Source: Rhodothermales bacterium
Lineage (GTDB): Bacteria > Bacteroidota > Rhodothermia > Rhodothermales > JAHQVL01
Assembly (NCBI GenBank): GCA_034439735.1
Contig: JAWXAX010000117.1
Coordinates: 2,148 to 66,147 of the forward strand
DNA: 64,000 nucleotides
Reading direction: 5' to 3'
Position numbers and translations under genes: made by a program. The notes beneath the pieces are model-generated. The model saw nothing but the letters and a program-made list of their open reading frames with translations. It ran no database searches and had not been told where the DNA came from. Below, one piece after another: positions 20,381 through 29,700 of the stretch. Each line of letters opens with the position of its first letter. Within the stretch, counting starts at the first letter, position 1.

Positions 20381-21982
20381 CTAACTTCGTTCCGCTCGTT
20401 CGGCCCGTTCGCGTTCGATGAGGACGCGGCGCAGGATTTTGCCGGAAGGGACTTTCGGGATCTGGTCGATGAACGTCACCCTGCGGATGCGTTTGTACGG
20501 CGCGACGCGTTCCGCCACATAGGCCATGAGGGCCTCATCGGTCAGACGCACGCCGGCTTTCAGGACGACAAAGGCCCGGGGCACTTCGCCGGCCTCTTCA
20601 TCGGCGCTGGGGATGACCGCCGCGTCCGCCACCTCGGGGTGACTGAGTAGGATAGCCTCCAACTCGGCCGGTGCGATCTGCAGCCCCTTGTACTTGATGA
20701 GTTCCTTGACCCGATCGATGACATACAGGTAGCCGTCGGCGTCGAGATATCCGATGTCGCCTGTATGGAGCCATCCCTTCTCGTCCAACATCGCGCGGGT
20801 TGCCCCGGGGTTGTTGTGGTAGCCACGCATCACCTGAGGGCCCCGAAGCCAGATCTCGCCTGTTGCGCCGACCGGGAGCAGCTGGCCTGTGGCCGGGTCT
20901 GTGATACACGTTTCGGTATTGGGCACCGACGGGCCCACGGACCCCATCTTGTTCGCCACTCCGGGCGAACAAAGGTGCGTGACGGGGCTCGTTTCGGTCA
21001 GGCCGTACCCCTGCCGAACGGTGCATCCGAGCCGGTTCTGGCACATCGAAGCGATCCCTTCCGAAAGCGGCGCGGCGCCAGACGTGATATGGCGGAGGCG
21101 AGATAGGTCGTACTGATCAACCAGTGGATGTTTGGCCAGCAGGAGGATGATGGGTGGAACGAGGAGGGCGAGCGTGACGCCGTTGTCCTGCAGATGCTGG
21201 AGGAAGGCTTCTGGCTCGAACCGGGGCATCGTGACCACCGTCGCGCCGGCGTGGAGGGCGAGCCCCATGATGGCCGTCATCCCGTAGATGTGATAAAACG
21301 GCAAGATCCCGATGAGCACCTCGCTGGCATCGATCGGGAGTGCGGCGCGGGTTTGGAGGATATTGGCGACCAGGTTGGCGTGGGTGAGCATGACCCCCTT
21401 CGGAAGCCCGGTCGTGCCGCTGGAATACGGAAGAACCACCAGGTCGTTGGCAGGGTCGATGGTCACCACCGGCGCCGGCTCGCGGCTGGCGCGCAGCGTT
21501 TCATACGAGATGCCGTTCTCCGCTTCGCCGAGCACGACGATGTGACGCACACGGGTGCCTTTCGCCGCCTTCCAGGCTGTGTCGACCCCGGCCGGATGGG
21601 CGACGAGGAATACCGCGCCGGAGTCGACCAGTTGGTAGTGCAGCTCGTCGGGCGTGTAGGTGGGATTGATGGTCGTATTTACCGCCCCGTTCATCGATAC
21701 GGCAAAAAAGACCACCGCGTATTCCGGCACGTTCGGACTATAGAGGGCCACGACATCGCCCTGGCGCAGTCCGTACGCGTGCAGGCCCGCGGCGACGCGT
21801 TCGATGGCGGCGCGGAGAGCGCTGTACGTGAGCGTCCGCCCCGAGGCGCCGTCGATGAGCGCGGGCGCGGCCTCCACCGCGCCGAATCCCTTCATCACAA
21901 AGGCGTGGAGCGAGAGCGAGGGTATGGCGATGTCGGGCAACGGGCTGGAGACGATCATGCGGGTCGGGTTGCGTGAAACCAT
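20381..21982 (-). CDS. AMP-dependent acyl-CoA ligase (4-coumarate-CoA-ligase / fatty-acyl-CoA synthetase family)
   Basis: AMP-binding motif LPYSSGTTGLPKGVMLTHANL, GYGLTETS, TGDIGYLDADGYLYVIDRVKELIKYKG. Confidence 0.88.
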   Translation of the reverse strand: MVSRNPTRMIVSSPLPDIAIPSLSLHAFVMKGFGAVEAAPALIDGASGRTLTYSALRAAIERVAAGLHAYGLRQGDVVALYSPNVPEYAVVFFAVSMNGAVNTTINPTYTPDELHYQLVDSGAVFLVAHPAGVDTAWKAAKGTRVRHIVVLGEAENGISYETLRASREPAPVVTIDPANDLVVLPYSSGTTGLPKGVMLTHANLVANILQTRAALPIDASEVLIGILPFYHIYGMTAIMGLALHAGATVVTMPRFEPEAFLQHLQDNGVTLALLVPPIILLLAKHPLVDQYDLSRLRHITSGAAPLSEGIASMCQNRLGCTVRQGYGLTETSPVTHLCSPGVANKMGSVGPSVPNTETCITDPATGQLLPVGATGEIWLRGPQVMRGYHNNPGATRAMLDEKGWLHTGDIGYLDADGYLYVIDRVKELIKYKGLQIAPAELEAILLSHPEVADAAVIPSADEEAGEVPRAFVVLKAGVRLTDEALMAYVAERVAPYKRIRRVTFIDQIPKVPSGKILRRVLIERERAERAERS

Positions 21983-22156
21983 TCCTGACCCTGCATCTTA
22001 CCCCGAATCCGGGAATGGCGCAAACTCATGCGCCAGATCGATGCTCCCTTTTTGCGTCGGATTTCTGGCTTTTGCCGGCGATGACACGACTATGAGGCGC
22101 CCCTTGCACTTCGATCCCGTGGATGTCCTATATTTGAGGCGTCCCAAACCACGAGT

Positions 22157-22537
22157 ATGAAGCGAAATATTGACCTCATGCGCCATATCCTGCTCCATGT
22201 GGAGGAGGTGGGTGATCCTGCCGAGCCACTGATCCATGCCCTCTCGCTGGACGACATTGAACAGCCGCTCGTCGATGAACACGTGAAGTTATTACTTGGC
22301 GCCGGCCTGCTGGAAGGTGATTGTAAGTACACGACGAATAACCGCATTTTATTTACGGCCATCCGTAGCCTGACTCCACGCGGGTACGATTTCCTCGATA
22401 ATACCCGGAATCCCAATCTCTGGAATCACATCAAGGAGCGCGTCCAGACGACGACCGGCACCGCGTCATTCGACCTCATCGAAGACCTTGCCCGCCAGCT
22501 CGTCGCTGCTGCCCTGAGCCGTCCACGGCAGGGCTGA
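22157..22537 (+). CDS. DUF2513-like small winged-helix protein
   Basis: MKRNIDLMRHILLHVEE... N-terminus and ~125-aa size are typical of DUF2513. GC is visibly lower than in the flanking genes. Confidence 0.6.
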   Translation: MKRNIDLMRHILLHVEEVGDPAEPLIHALSLDDIEQPLVDEHVKLLLGAGLLEGDCKYTTNNRILFTAIRSLTPRGYDFLDNTRNPNLWNHIKERVQTTTGTASFDLIEDLARQLVAAALSRPRQG

Positions 22538-22822
22538 GCGCTTCGCCGCGATCAGGCTTTTTCTCGCGCTGTTGCACCTTTAATTCGTGGGGCATGCCCA
22601 TGCCTGTGGAAGAGCAAAGTCTCCCGACCGACACTCCGCGCCGATCACGGTTGGCCAGTTTTGGCTGCCCGCTGTTCATCATCGGCTTCATCCTGCTGTT
22701 GATTGTGGTCGCATTATTGCTTTTCTGACCAATACACGGCCTCCGGGATCATTTGCGGCGCGCGTCCGGCAATCCTTGCCGGCGTGCCGGAGCGCTCGCG
22801 CGCCACGCATTCTCCCGGCGTC

Positions 22823-23755
22823 ATGCGAATCGCTTTCCTGTGTAATTCTGAGTTTGCGCTCTCTTCCGTCGACCTTCTCGCGCAGGCCGGCGTGCTTGCC
22901 GGCGTAGCCTGTTCCGACGGCGCGCCTCACATCGCCGCCCCGCTCGCCTCGCACGCCAACGCCCTCGGCATCCCCTTCGCCGTCATCCGGAAGGCCGAGA
23001 TCGGCGCCGACCTCGAGGACTGGCTGCTGGCCACCGCCCCGGACGCCGCGCTCGTGCAAACCTTCCCCTACCGCATCCCGGCCGTCGCGCTGAACATCCC
23101 GCGCCTCGGATTTTTTAACCTGCACCCCGGCCAGCTACCCGCGTACCGCGGCCCGGACCCCGTCTTCTGGCAGCTCAAACGGCAGGAGGCCGTCGGCGCC
23201 GTTACCCTACATCGGATGACGCCGGCGTTCGACGACGGCGAAATTGTCTGCTTCGAGTCCATCCCCATCGGACCCGACGATACCTACGGCGTCCACCAGA
23301 GCCTGTTGATCGACGCGGCCCTCCGCTGTATCACGCCGTTCTTGCAGGGCGCCATCAAGGGGACACCGCAGGACGAAGTGGGCGCCGGCTATCAGGGCCG
23401 GCCGGCCGCGACGGACCTCACGATCGACTGGACGGCTTGTGACGCCTCCGCCGTCGCCGCGCTGGCCAGAGCGTGTAATCCCACGTATGGCGGCGCGATC
23501 ATCCTCCTCCGCAATACGATGGTCCGCCTCCTCGAAGCGCAGGCGGTGCCGTTTTCGCCCATCCCCCGTTTGCCGGCCGGCACCGTGATCTCCGCCCAGT
23601 CGGGGCGCGGGTTGCTGGTGCTTTGCGCGGGCGGGACGGTCGTCGATCTCACCATCGTCGCCACCGACGAGGGGACGTTCAGCGGCGGTCGATTCGCGGC
23701 CTTGTTCGGGATAGAGATCGGGGAGAAGTTTTTACTTCCGGCGTTCGTATCTTGA
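22823..23755 (+). CDS. Formyltransferase-family protein (Fmt paralogue)
   Basis: MRIAFLCNSEFA N-terminus, catalytic-type FFNLHPGQLPAYRGPDPV and FDDGEIV, C-terminal Fmt_C-like barrel. Lacks the PDRPxGRG segment of bona fide Fmt. Confidence 0.7.
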   Translation: MRIAFLCNSEFALSSVDLLAQAGVLAGVACSDGAPHIAAPLASHANALGIPFAVIRKAEIGADLEDWLLATAPDAALVQTFPYRIPAVALNIPRLGFFNLHPGQLPAYRGPDPVFWQLKRQEAVGAVTLHRMTPAFDDGEIVCFESIPIGPDDTYGVHQSLLIDAALRCITPFLQGAIKGTPQDEVGAGYQGRPAATDLTIDWTACDASAVAALARACNPTYGGAIILLRNTMVRLLEAQAVPFSPIPRLPAGTVISAQSGRGLLVLCAGGTVVDLTIVATDEGTFSGGRFAALFGIEIGEKFLLPAFVS

Positions 23756-23836
23756 GCGCGCATCGCAGCATGCCCGCCGGTTGGGCTGCCAGGGCAAGCC
23801 GGCGGTAGATTTCCCCTCATTCCAACCCTCTATTCC

Positions 23837-24268
23837 ATGATTCATATCCAGGTGGAGCGCGTGGACGACGCGTTCCATTTCGTAGGCCGCAACGACCGCG
23901 GCAACACCGTCCATATGGACACCAGCGTAGAAGACGGCGGCAGCGGACAGGGGGCCGGCCCCATGCAAACCCTCCTGATGGCGCTTGGCGGCTGTAGCGG
24001 CATCGATATCGTAGCCATCCTCAAGAAGGGCCGGCAGGAAATTTCCTCTTTCAAGGTCGACTTCGACGCCGAGCGGGCCCAGGGCGAGATTCCTTCCCTC
24101 TACACCCGGATCCACGCCCACTTCTCGCTTGAAGGTGATCTTGACCCCGAGAAGGTGCGCCGCGCCATCGAGCTGAGCCTCGACAAGTACTGTTCGGTGG
24201 CGAAGACCCTCGAAAAAACGGCCACCATCACCTACTCGTTTTCCGTCAACGCGGTCGACTATGTCTGA
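23837..24268 (+). CDS. OsmC-family peroxiredoxin-like protein
   Basis: 143 aa; GPMQTLLMALGGCSGIDIVAIL and YCSVAKTL (the two conserved Cys regions). Confidence 0.8.
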   Translation: MIHIQVERVDDAFHFVGRNDRGNTVHMDTSVEDGGSGQGAGPMQTLLMALGGCSGIDIVAILKKGRQEISSFKVDFDAERAQGEIPSLYTRIHAHFSLEGDLDPEKVRRAIELSLDKYCSVAKTLEKTATITYSFSVNAVDYV

Positions 24269-25484
24269 GTATCCCCCCCAAGAAACGGGTCCCCGGGAAG
24301 CGGCCCCCAAACGAACGCCCCACGAAGAGACCCGCGCCATCCGCACCCAGACCGAACGATCGATCCAGCGGGAGCATGCGACCTCGATCTTCATGACGTC
24401 GAGCTTTATGTTCGACGATGCCGAACATGCGCGGGCCCTATTCGCAAAGGAGCAGAGCGGCAACATCTACTCCCGCTACAGCAACCCCAGCGTCGACGAG
24501 TTCGTGCTCAAGATGTGCCAGCTGGAAGGAGCGGAGGACGGCATCGCGGTGGCCTCGGGCATGGCGGCGGTATACACCGGGCTGGCCGGCCTCATCAAAA
24601 GCGGCGATCATATTCTGGCGTGCCGATCGGTATTCGGCTCTACACACCAGATCCTGACACAGCTGCTCCCCCGCTTCGGTGTCACGCACAGCTACGCACC
24701 GATCGAATCACCCGAAGCGTGGGAGTCGCTGTTCCAGCCCACCACCCGCCTGTGTTACATCGAGACTCCCTCGAACCCGGGGCTGGATCTGATCGACATC
24801 GAGTGGCTCGCCGGCCTATGCCACGAGCGCGGGGTGTTGTTGTACGTGGATAACATCTTCGCCACGCCCATCCTCCAGAAGCCTATCGCGTTCGGGGCAG
24901 ACCTCGTGATGCACTCGGCGACCAAATACATCGACGGCCAGGGCCGCGGCATCGGCGGGGTGATCCTCGGGCGGGCCGAGGTGATCGAGCCGATCCGGTT
25001 TTTCGCGCGGCACACCGGGCCGTCGCTCTCGCCGTTTAACGCCTGGATGTTCAGCAAAAGCCTCGAGACGCTGGCCGTTCGCATGGAGCGGCATGGGAAA
25101 AATGCACTTGCCCTCGCCGAATTCCTGGAGACGCATCCGCGTGTCGACTTCGTCAAATACCCCTTTCTCCCCAGCCACCCGCAGTACGCCCTCGCGCGCC
25201 GGCAGATGAAAGGCGGCGGCGGCGTGGTCACGTTTGGGGTCAAGGGCGGCCTGGAGCAGGGCCGGCGCTTCCTGGATGCGCTGGAGATGTGCTCGCTTTC
25301 GGCCAATCTGGGTGACACCCGGACCATCGCCACCCACCCCGCCAGCACCACGCACAGCTCGCTGAGCGAAGAAGATCGCCAGGCCGTTGGCATTTTACCC
25401 GGGCTTGTGCGAATTTCGGTCGGACTCGAACACATCGACGACATCGTCGCCGATATCGACCAGGCGCTGAACCACAGCGCCTGA
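24261..25484 (+). CDS. metZ: O-succinyl/O-acetyl-homoserine sulfhydrylase (Cys/Met PLP family)
   Basis: SIFMTSSFMFDDAEHARALFAKEQSGNIYSRYSNPSV; PLP-lysine region HSATKYIDGQGRGIGG. The start overlaps the osmC stop by 8 nt. Confidence 0.82.
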   Translation: MSEYPPQETGPREAAPKRTPHEETRAIRTQTERSIQREHATSIFMTSSFMFDDAEHARALFAKEQSGNIYSRYSNPSVDEFVLKMCQLEGAEDGIAVASGMAAVYTGLAGLIKSGDHILACRSVFGSTHQILTQLLPRFGVTHSYAPIESPEAWESLFQPTTRLCYIETPSNPGLDLIDIEWLAGLCHERGVLLYVDNIFATPILQKPIAFGADLVMHSATKYIDGQGRGIGGVILGRAEVIEPIRFFARHTGPSLSPFNAWMFSKSLETLAVRMERHGKNALALAEFLETHPRVDFVKYPFLPSHPQYALARRQMKGGGGVVTFGVKGGLEQGRRFLDALEMCSLSANLGDTRTIATHPASTTHSSLSEEDRQAVGILPGLVRISVGLEHIDDIVADIDQALNHSA

Positions 25485-25509
25485 TTCCACCTTCGTCCGC
25501 ACCATCCTC

Positions 25510-27294
25510 ATGCAACTCGCCACGATAGACTGGGCGATCGTATTCGCTTTTTTTGCCTTTTCCTTGATCGTAGGGCTCTGGGCTTCGCGAAGGGGGGGCT
25601 CGAATACGACCGAGTATTTCTTGTCCGGCCGGAGCATGCCCTGGTGGCTGCTCGGCGTTTCGATGGTCGCCACGACGTTCTCGTCGGACACCCCCAACCT
25701 GGTCACGAACCTTGTGCGAGTGGACGGCGTCGCCGGCAACTGGGGGTGGTGGGCGTTTTTGCTTACGGGGATGTTGACCGTGTTCGTCTACGCCAAGCTC
25801 TGGCGGCGTTCGGAGGTGATGACGGATATCGAGTTTTACGAATTGCGGTACAGCGGCAAGGCGGCGGCGTTTCTGCGTGGATTCCGGGCGCTGTATCTGG
25901 GGTTGATCTTTAACGTGGTCGTGATGGGCTCCGTCGCGCTCGCCGGCATCAAATTCGGGGAGATCATCCTCGGATGGCCGGGCTGGTTGACGCTGACGCT
26001 TGCCGGCTCGATCACCCTGGCGTACAGCACAATCGGCGGGCTGCGCGCGGTAATCATCACCGACTTCGTCCAGTTTGCCATCGCCATGGTCGGGTCGATC
26101 TGGGCGTGTGTGTACATCCTGGGCCTAGAAGAAGTCGGAGGCCTGACGAACCTCCTGCAAAACGACGCTGTGGCGAGCCGGCTCAGCCTCCTGCCCGATT
26201 TTTCAAATCCGGACGCGTGGGTGCCCATCCTATTCGTGCCACTGGCCGTACAGTGGTGGGCCTCGTACTACCCCGGCGCCGAGCCGGGTGGCGGCGGCTA
26301 TATCGCCCAACGGATTTTCTCGGCGAAGAACGAGAAACACGCCATGACGGCGACGCTGTTTTTTAACGCCGCTCACTTCGCGCTCCGTCCCTGGCCATGG
26401 ATCCTCATCGCGCTGGCGTCGCTGGTGGTTTTCCCGAATCTGTCGGACATCCAGACGGCCTTCCCGAATCTGCCGGCGGACAAGCTGGGGCACGACGTGG
26501 CCTACCCGGCCATGTTGACTTTCCTCCCCCCCGGCCTGCTGGGCCTGGTGGCCGCCTCCCTCATCGCGGCGTTTATGTCGACCATGTCGACCCAGCTCAA
26601 CCTGGGCGCCTCGTACCTGGTGAACGACTTTTACCAGCGGTTCATCCGCCCGGACGCCTCGCAAAAACAGCTCGTCTGGGCCGGCCGACTCTTCACCGTA
26701 CTCTCGACATTCCTCGGCCTCGGCCTGGGCCTGATGCTGACGGACGCCGGCCAGGCGTTCAGCCTGCTGTTGCTGCTCGGCGCCGGCACGGGGCTCATCT
26801 ACATCCTGCGCTGGTTCTGGTGGCGGATCAACGCCTATACCGAGATCGTCGCCATGGTTTCGTCGATGCTCATTGCCGGCTACCTCACGTTTGTGCACGA
26901 CGGCCTGGGCTTTCTACCCCTGTCGGCCTCCGCGAAGGTGGTCGTAGGCGCCCTGCTCACGACGATCACGTGGGTCGTGGCGACCTTCTTCACGCCCCCC
27001 GACGACGACGCCACCCTGCGCGCCTTCTATCGCCGCATCAAGCCCGGTGGCAACGGCTGGGATGCGGTGCTGGACCGGGCGCGAGCGGACGGAGATGTTA
27101 TTCAGAAGGAGTCTGGCCGGCTACCGCTCGAACTGCTGGGCATGGTGCTGGGCATCGCGGCCGTCTACGCGGCCTTGTTTACGACGGGATTTGTGCTGTA
27201 TGGGGAGATGGGTTCCGCCCTTATCGCCGGGCTCGTCTGTATCACCAGCGTAGTCGGCCTCATCCGCGTCTTCCCTCGTTTGACGTTTTCATGA
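25510..27294 (+). CDS. Sodium:solute symporter (SSS) family transporter
   Basis: 594 aa, about 13-14 TM helices; N-terminal EYFLSGRSMPWWLLGVSMVATTFSSDTP and GGLRAVIITDFVQF are typical of SSS. Confidence 0.8.
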   Translation: MQLATIDWAIVFAFFAFSLIVGLWASRRGGSNTTEYFLSGRSMPWWLLGVSMVATTFSSDTPNLVTNLVRVDGVAGNWGWWAFLLTGMLTVFVYAKLWRRSEVMTDIEFYELRYSGKAAAFLRGFRALYLGLIFNVVVMGSVALAGIKFGEIILGWPGWLTLTLAGSITLAYSTIGGLRAVIITDFVQFAIAMVGSIWACVYILGLEEVGGLTNLLQNDAVASRLSLLPDFSNPDAWVPILFVPLAVQWWASYYPGAEPGGGGYIAQRIFSAKNEKHAMTATLFFNAAHFALRPWPWILIALASLVVFPNLSDIQTAFPNLPADKLGHDVAYPAMLTFLPPGLLGLVAASLIAAFMSTMSTQLNLGASYLVNDFYQRFIRPDASQKQLVWAGRLFTVLSTFLGLGLGLMLTDAGQAFSLLLLLGAGTGLIYILRWFWWRINAYTEIVAMVSSMLIAGYLTFVHDGLGFLPLSASAKVVVGALLTTITWVVATFFTPPDDDATLRAFYRRIKPGGNGWDAVLDRARADGDVIQKESGRLPLELLGMVLGIAAVYAALFTTGFVLYGEMGSALIAGLVCITSVVGLIRVFPRLTFS

Positions 27295-28639
27295 GGTCGC
27301 GGATCGCCGGCGCGCCCGGCCGAGTGACAAAAACGCCGGCCCCGACGCGGTCTGGGAACGCGGTCCGGTAGGCATCCAGCCAGTGTTGGGCCAACGCGTC
27401 GGCGCGGTCGGCGGTGGTCAGCGCCCAGACGGCGCCGCCGAAGCCCGCGCCGAAGGCCGAGGCCGCGATAGCCCCGCCGGCGCGAGCGAGCCGGGCGAGG
27501 GTGATGGTTTCCGGGGTCTGGTTGCCCAGCCAGGCCTCGGCGAGGGCCTGGGACCGGTCCGTGATGCGTCCGAGCGCCTCCCAGTCGCCGCCCTGCATGG
27601 CCTCGAACGCGGCGGGCACGAGTTGGGTGTGCTCGGAGAAAAAGTGTCGATAGCGGCGCAGCAGGTCGGGCTCCGGCGCCAACAGGGCTTCCATAGCCGC
27701 CGGCGAGAAGCCGGGTGTTTCGACGATGTCGCGCAGGCGGCCGCCCGTACCGGGATACCGGTCGCGCCATCGTTCCGCGACCTGGCCGGCCTGCCGGCTG
27801 GCGCGGTTGTAGTCTGCCATAGCCGCACCCGTTTTTCGGGCGGGCACGCCGGAAGTCGCGACGACAAAAAGCATTTCTGGAGGGAGGAAAACCGCGCCGC
27901 GCCGTTGCGTTGGCGCGTACTGGAATCGGACGACGGCGCCCGGTTCGCTGCACAGGATGGCCGCGTGATCCTGGCTTCCGCCGAACGTCCCGACCCCCGC
28001 CTCGCCGGCCAGTGACCTGTAGGTCTGTCCGTTTTCGACGTGGCCGAGGTAATCCGCGAGGTCGATTCGCGAGGCGATTGCCCCTTGGTAGCTGAGATCG
28101 GCTTCGAGCCCCCAGGCATCGGCCAGGGCGAGGAAGCAGCCGACCATGAAGGCGCTCGAGCTGCTGAGGCCGGCGTCGGGCGGAAGGGTGCTGGCGAAGG
28201 CGATTCGGAGCCCGCCGGCCCGCGATCCGAAGTTGGCGGCGGCTCGGCGATAGACGGTCTCCGGGTACCGGGCCCAGTCGGGCATGTCCGCCTGAGATTC
28301 AACGGCTCTACCAGGCGTCGCCGACTCTCCGCGAGCCGCATCGATGAGGAGGAAGCCGCTCTCTTCCGTGCGAGCCGCCAGCAGGCAGAACCCGCGTTCG
28401 ACGGTGCACACGAGGCTGTCGCCGCCGGCATAGTCCGTATGCTTGCCTAACAACTCGATGCGGCCCGGGACGAAATAGGCGCGTACTTCGGATGGAGCCG
28501 GAGGGCCGCCGGCCTGGAGGACATGAGCGAGCTGGTCGAACACCGGCGCGTGGCGATTGGCGCCAGAATCGGAGAGGCCGGCGCGGCGCAGCGGCGAAGA
28601 AAAATCGTGGGTAGCGGCGAATTTCGCGAAGGTGCCCAT
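27260..28639 (-). CDS. Galactokinase-family GHMP kinase
   Basis: Galactokinase signature PGRIELLGKHTDYAGG; GHMP ATP motif PPDAGLSSSSAFMVG. Start placed at MGTFAKF (the ORF track extends to 28750). 3' end overlaps the convergent SSS gene by 35 nt. Confidence 0.75.
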   Translation of the reverse strand: MGTFAKFAATHDFSSPLRRAGLSDSGANRHAPVFDQLAHVLQAGGPPAPSEVRAYFVPGRIELLGKHTDYAGGDSLVCTVERGFCLLAARTEESGFLLIDAARGESATPGRAVESQADMPDWARYPETVYRRAAANFGSRAGGLRIAFASTLPPDAGLSSSSAFMVGCFLALADAWGLEADLSYQGAIASRIDLADYLGHVENGQTYRSLAGEAGVGTFGGSQDHAAILCSEPGAVVRFQYAPTQRRGAVFLPPEMLFVVATSGVPARKTGAAMADYNRASRQAGQVAERWRDRYPGTGGRLRDIVETPGFSPAAMEALLAPEPDLLRRYRHFFSEHTQLVPAAFEAMQGGDWEALGRITDRSQALAEAWLGNQTPETITLARLARAGGAIAASAFGAGFGGAVWALTTADRADALAQHWLDAYRTAFPDRVGAGVFVTRPGAPAIRDLMKTSNEGRRG

Positions 28640-28866
28640 GCGATCGTTTAAGTGCGGGAAAAAGGGGCCGATACAGACCATGGGTACCTTACCCACGCCC
28701 CACGCTAGGCGCTTCTCCACGGACGATTCCGAGCTCGTCGCAGATCCCATGACCTATGGAAAGTACGATTGCCGGCATCACCCTGGCGATGGTTGCTCCA
28801 GCTTGTTCATCGTATCCGAATGTAAACCCAACCTGTAACGATCCTGCCCCCTGGCCGGCCCGCGCT

Positions 28867-28892
28867 TAAGCCCGCCCGAATTCGGCCGATAC
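28867..28892 (+). promoter_or_regulatory. Sigma28 (FliA)-type promoter candidate
   Basis: TAAG-N14-GCCGATAC versus consensus TAAA-N15-GCCGATAA; lies 67 nt upstream of ORF 28959, which precedes fliS. Confidence 0.4.
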
Positions 28893-28958
28893 TCATGCTG
28901 TGTTGTGCGCCCGCCGACGAAGCGGGCGCTTCCGCCTCCTCCCCATCTGCCTTAGCCT

Positions 28959-29288
28959 ATGAATCTGTCCATCGACCCCATGGGCTCGCCGATCGACGAG
29001 TCCGCCGCGGCCCGGCGAAGATCGAGCCTCGAGACCGTTATCCAGCGCATCGCGAAGAGCCTGCCCGATCCTACCGCGATGCGATCGGACGTGCTCACCC
29101 TCCGTTCCAACGCCCAGTCCCCACCCGCTCAGGCCGTATCGCAGGAAGCGCCGGCCCGGCTGGATGAGAGCGCACTGCGCACGAAGACCTTCCTGGCCAC
29201 CGAAGCCATCCGGGGGGACCGATCGGCCGCGAGTTCACATGCGCCCGAGGTCCTGCAGTCGTTCATGCAATCGCGTAAAGCGACCTGA
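28959..29288 (+). CDS. Hypothetical small protein (no recognisable domain), upstream of fliS
   Basis: 109 aa, hydrophilic, probably disordered, no TM helix. Co-oriented with the fliS homologue 87 nt downstream. Confidence 0.4.
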   Translation: MNLSIDPMGSPIDESAAARRRSSLETVIQRIAKSLPDPTAMRSDVLTLRSNAQSPPAQAVSQEAPARLDESALRTKTFLATEAIRGDRSAASSHAPEVLQSFMQSRKAT

Positions 29289-29374
29289 GCATATCCATCC
29301 TTCCCACCCTGTCCCTTCATGACCCCGCCGGCCGGTGGCGAGACCTGCCGGCGGGGTCCTCCTAGTGACTGCCC

Positions 29375-29695
29375 ATGACGCCCTACAGTACTGCTGCCCA
29401 GGCCTATCAGACCGGCCGAACGATCGGCGCGCACCCGATCGATCTGATTGTCATGACGTATAATGAAGCGCTGGCCGGCTGTTTCGAGCGTAACGCCGGC
29501 CGAGCCCGCGAGGCCATCGTGGCGCTCAAGCAAAGCCTCGACCATGCGATGCATACCAGTCTGTCGATGCATCTGGAGCATATCTACGACCATTGTTTGT
29601 ACCTCGTCCATAGACAACATTTCGATCAGAGCGCGCTGCTGCTCACCGAGATCCGGGATGCCTGGCGGGAGGCGCGGCAGAATCAGCAGGATTAG
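29375..29695 (+). CDS. fliS: Flagellar export chaperone FliS homologue
   Basis: 106 aa. The FliS pattern runs along the whole length: AAQAYQTG, HPIDLIVMTYNEAL, LKQSLD, HLEHIYDHCLYLV, LLLTEIRDAWREA. Confidence 0.8.
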   Translation: MTPYSTAAQAYQTGRTIGAHPIDLIVMTYNEALAGCFERNAGRAREAIVALKQSLDHAMHTSLSMHLEHIYDHCLYLVHRQHFDQSALLLTEIRDAWREARQNQQD

Positions 29696-29700
29696 CGATT

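Noticed and set aside
27418-28431. 337-aa alternative-frame minus-strand ORF within the GHMP kinase gene
   Set aside because: It is on the same strand but in another frame, with a Pro/Arg/Ser-rich translation. The galactokinase and GHMP motifs are in the frame I annotated.
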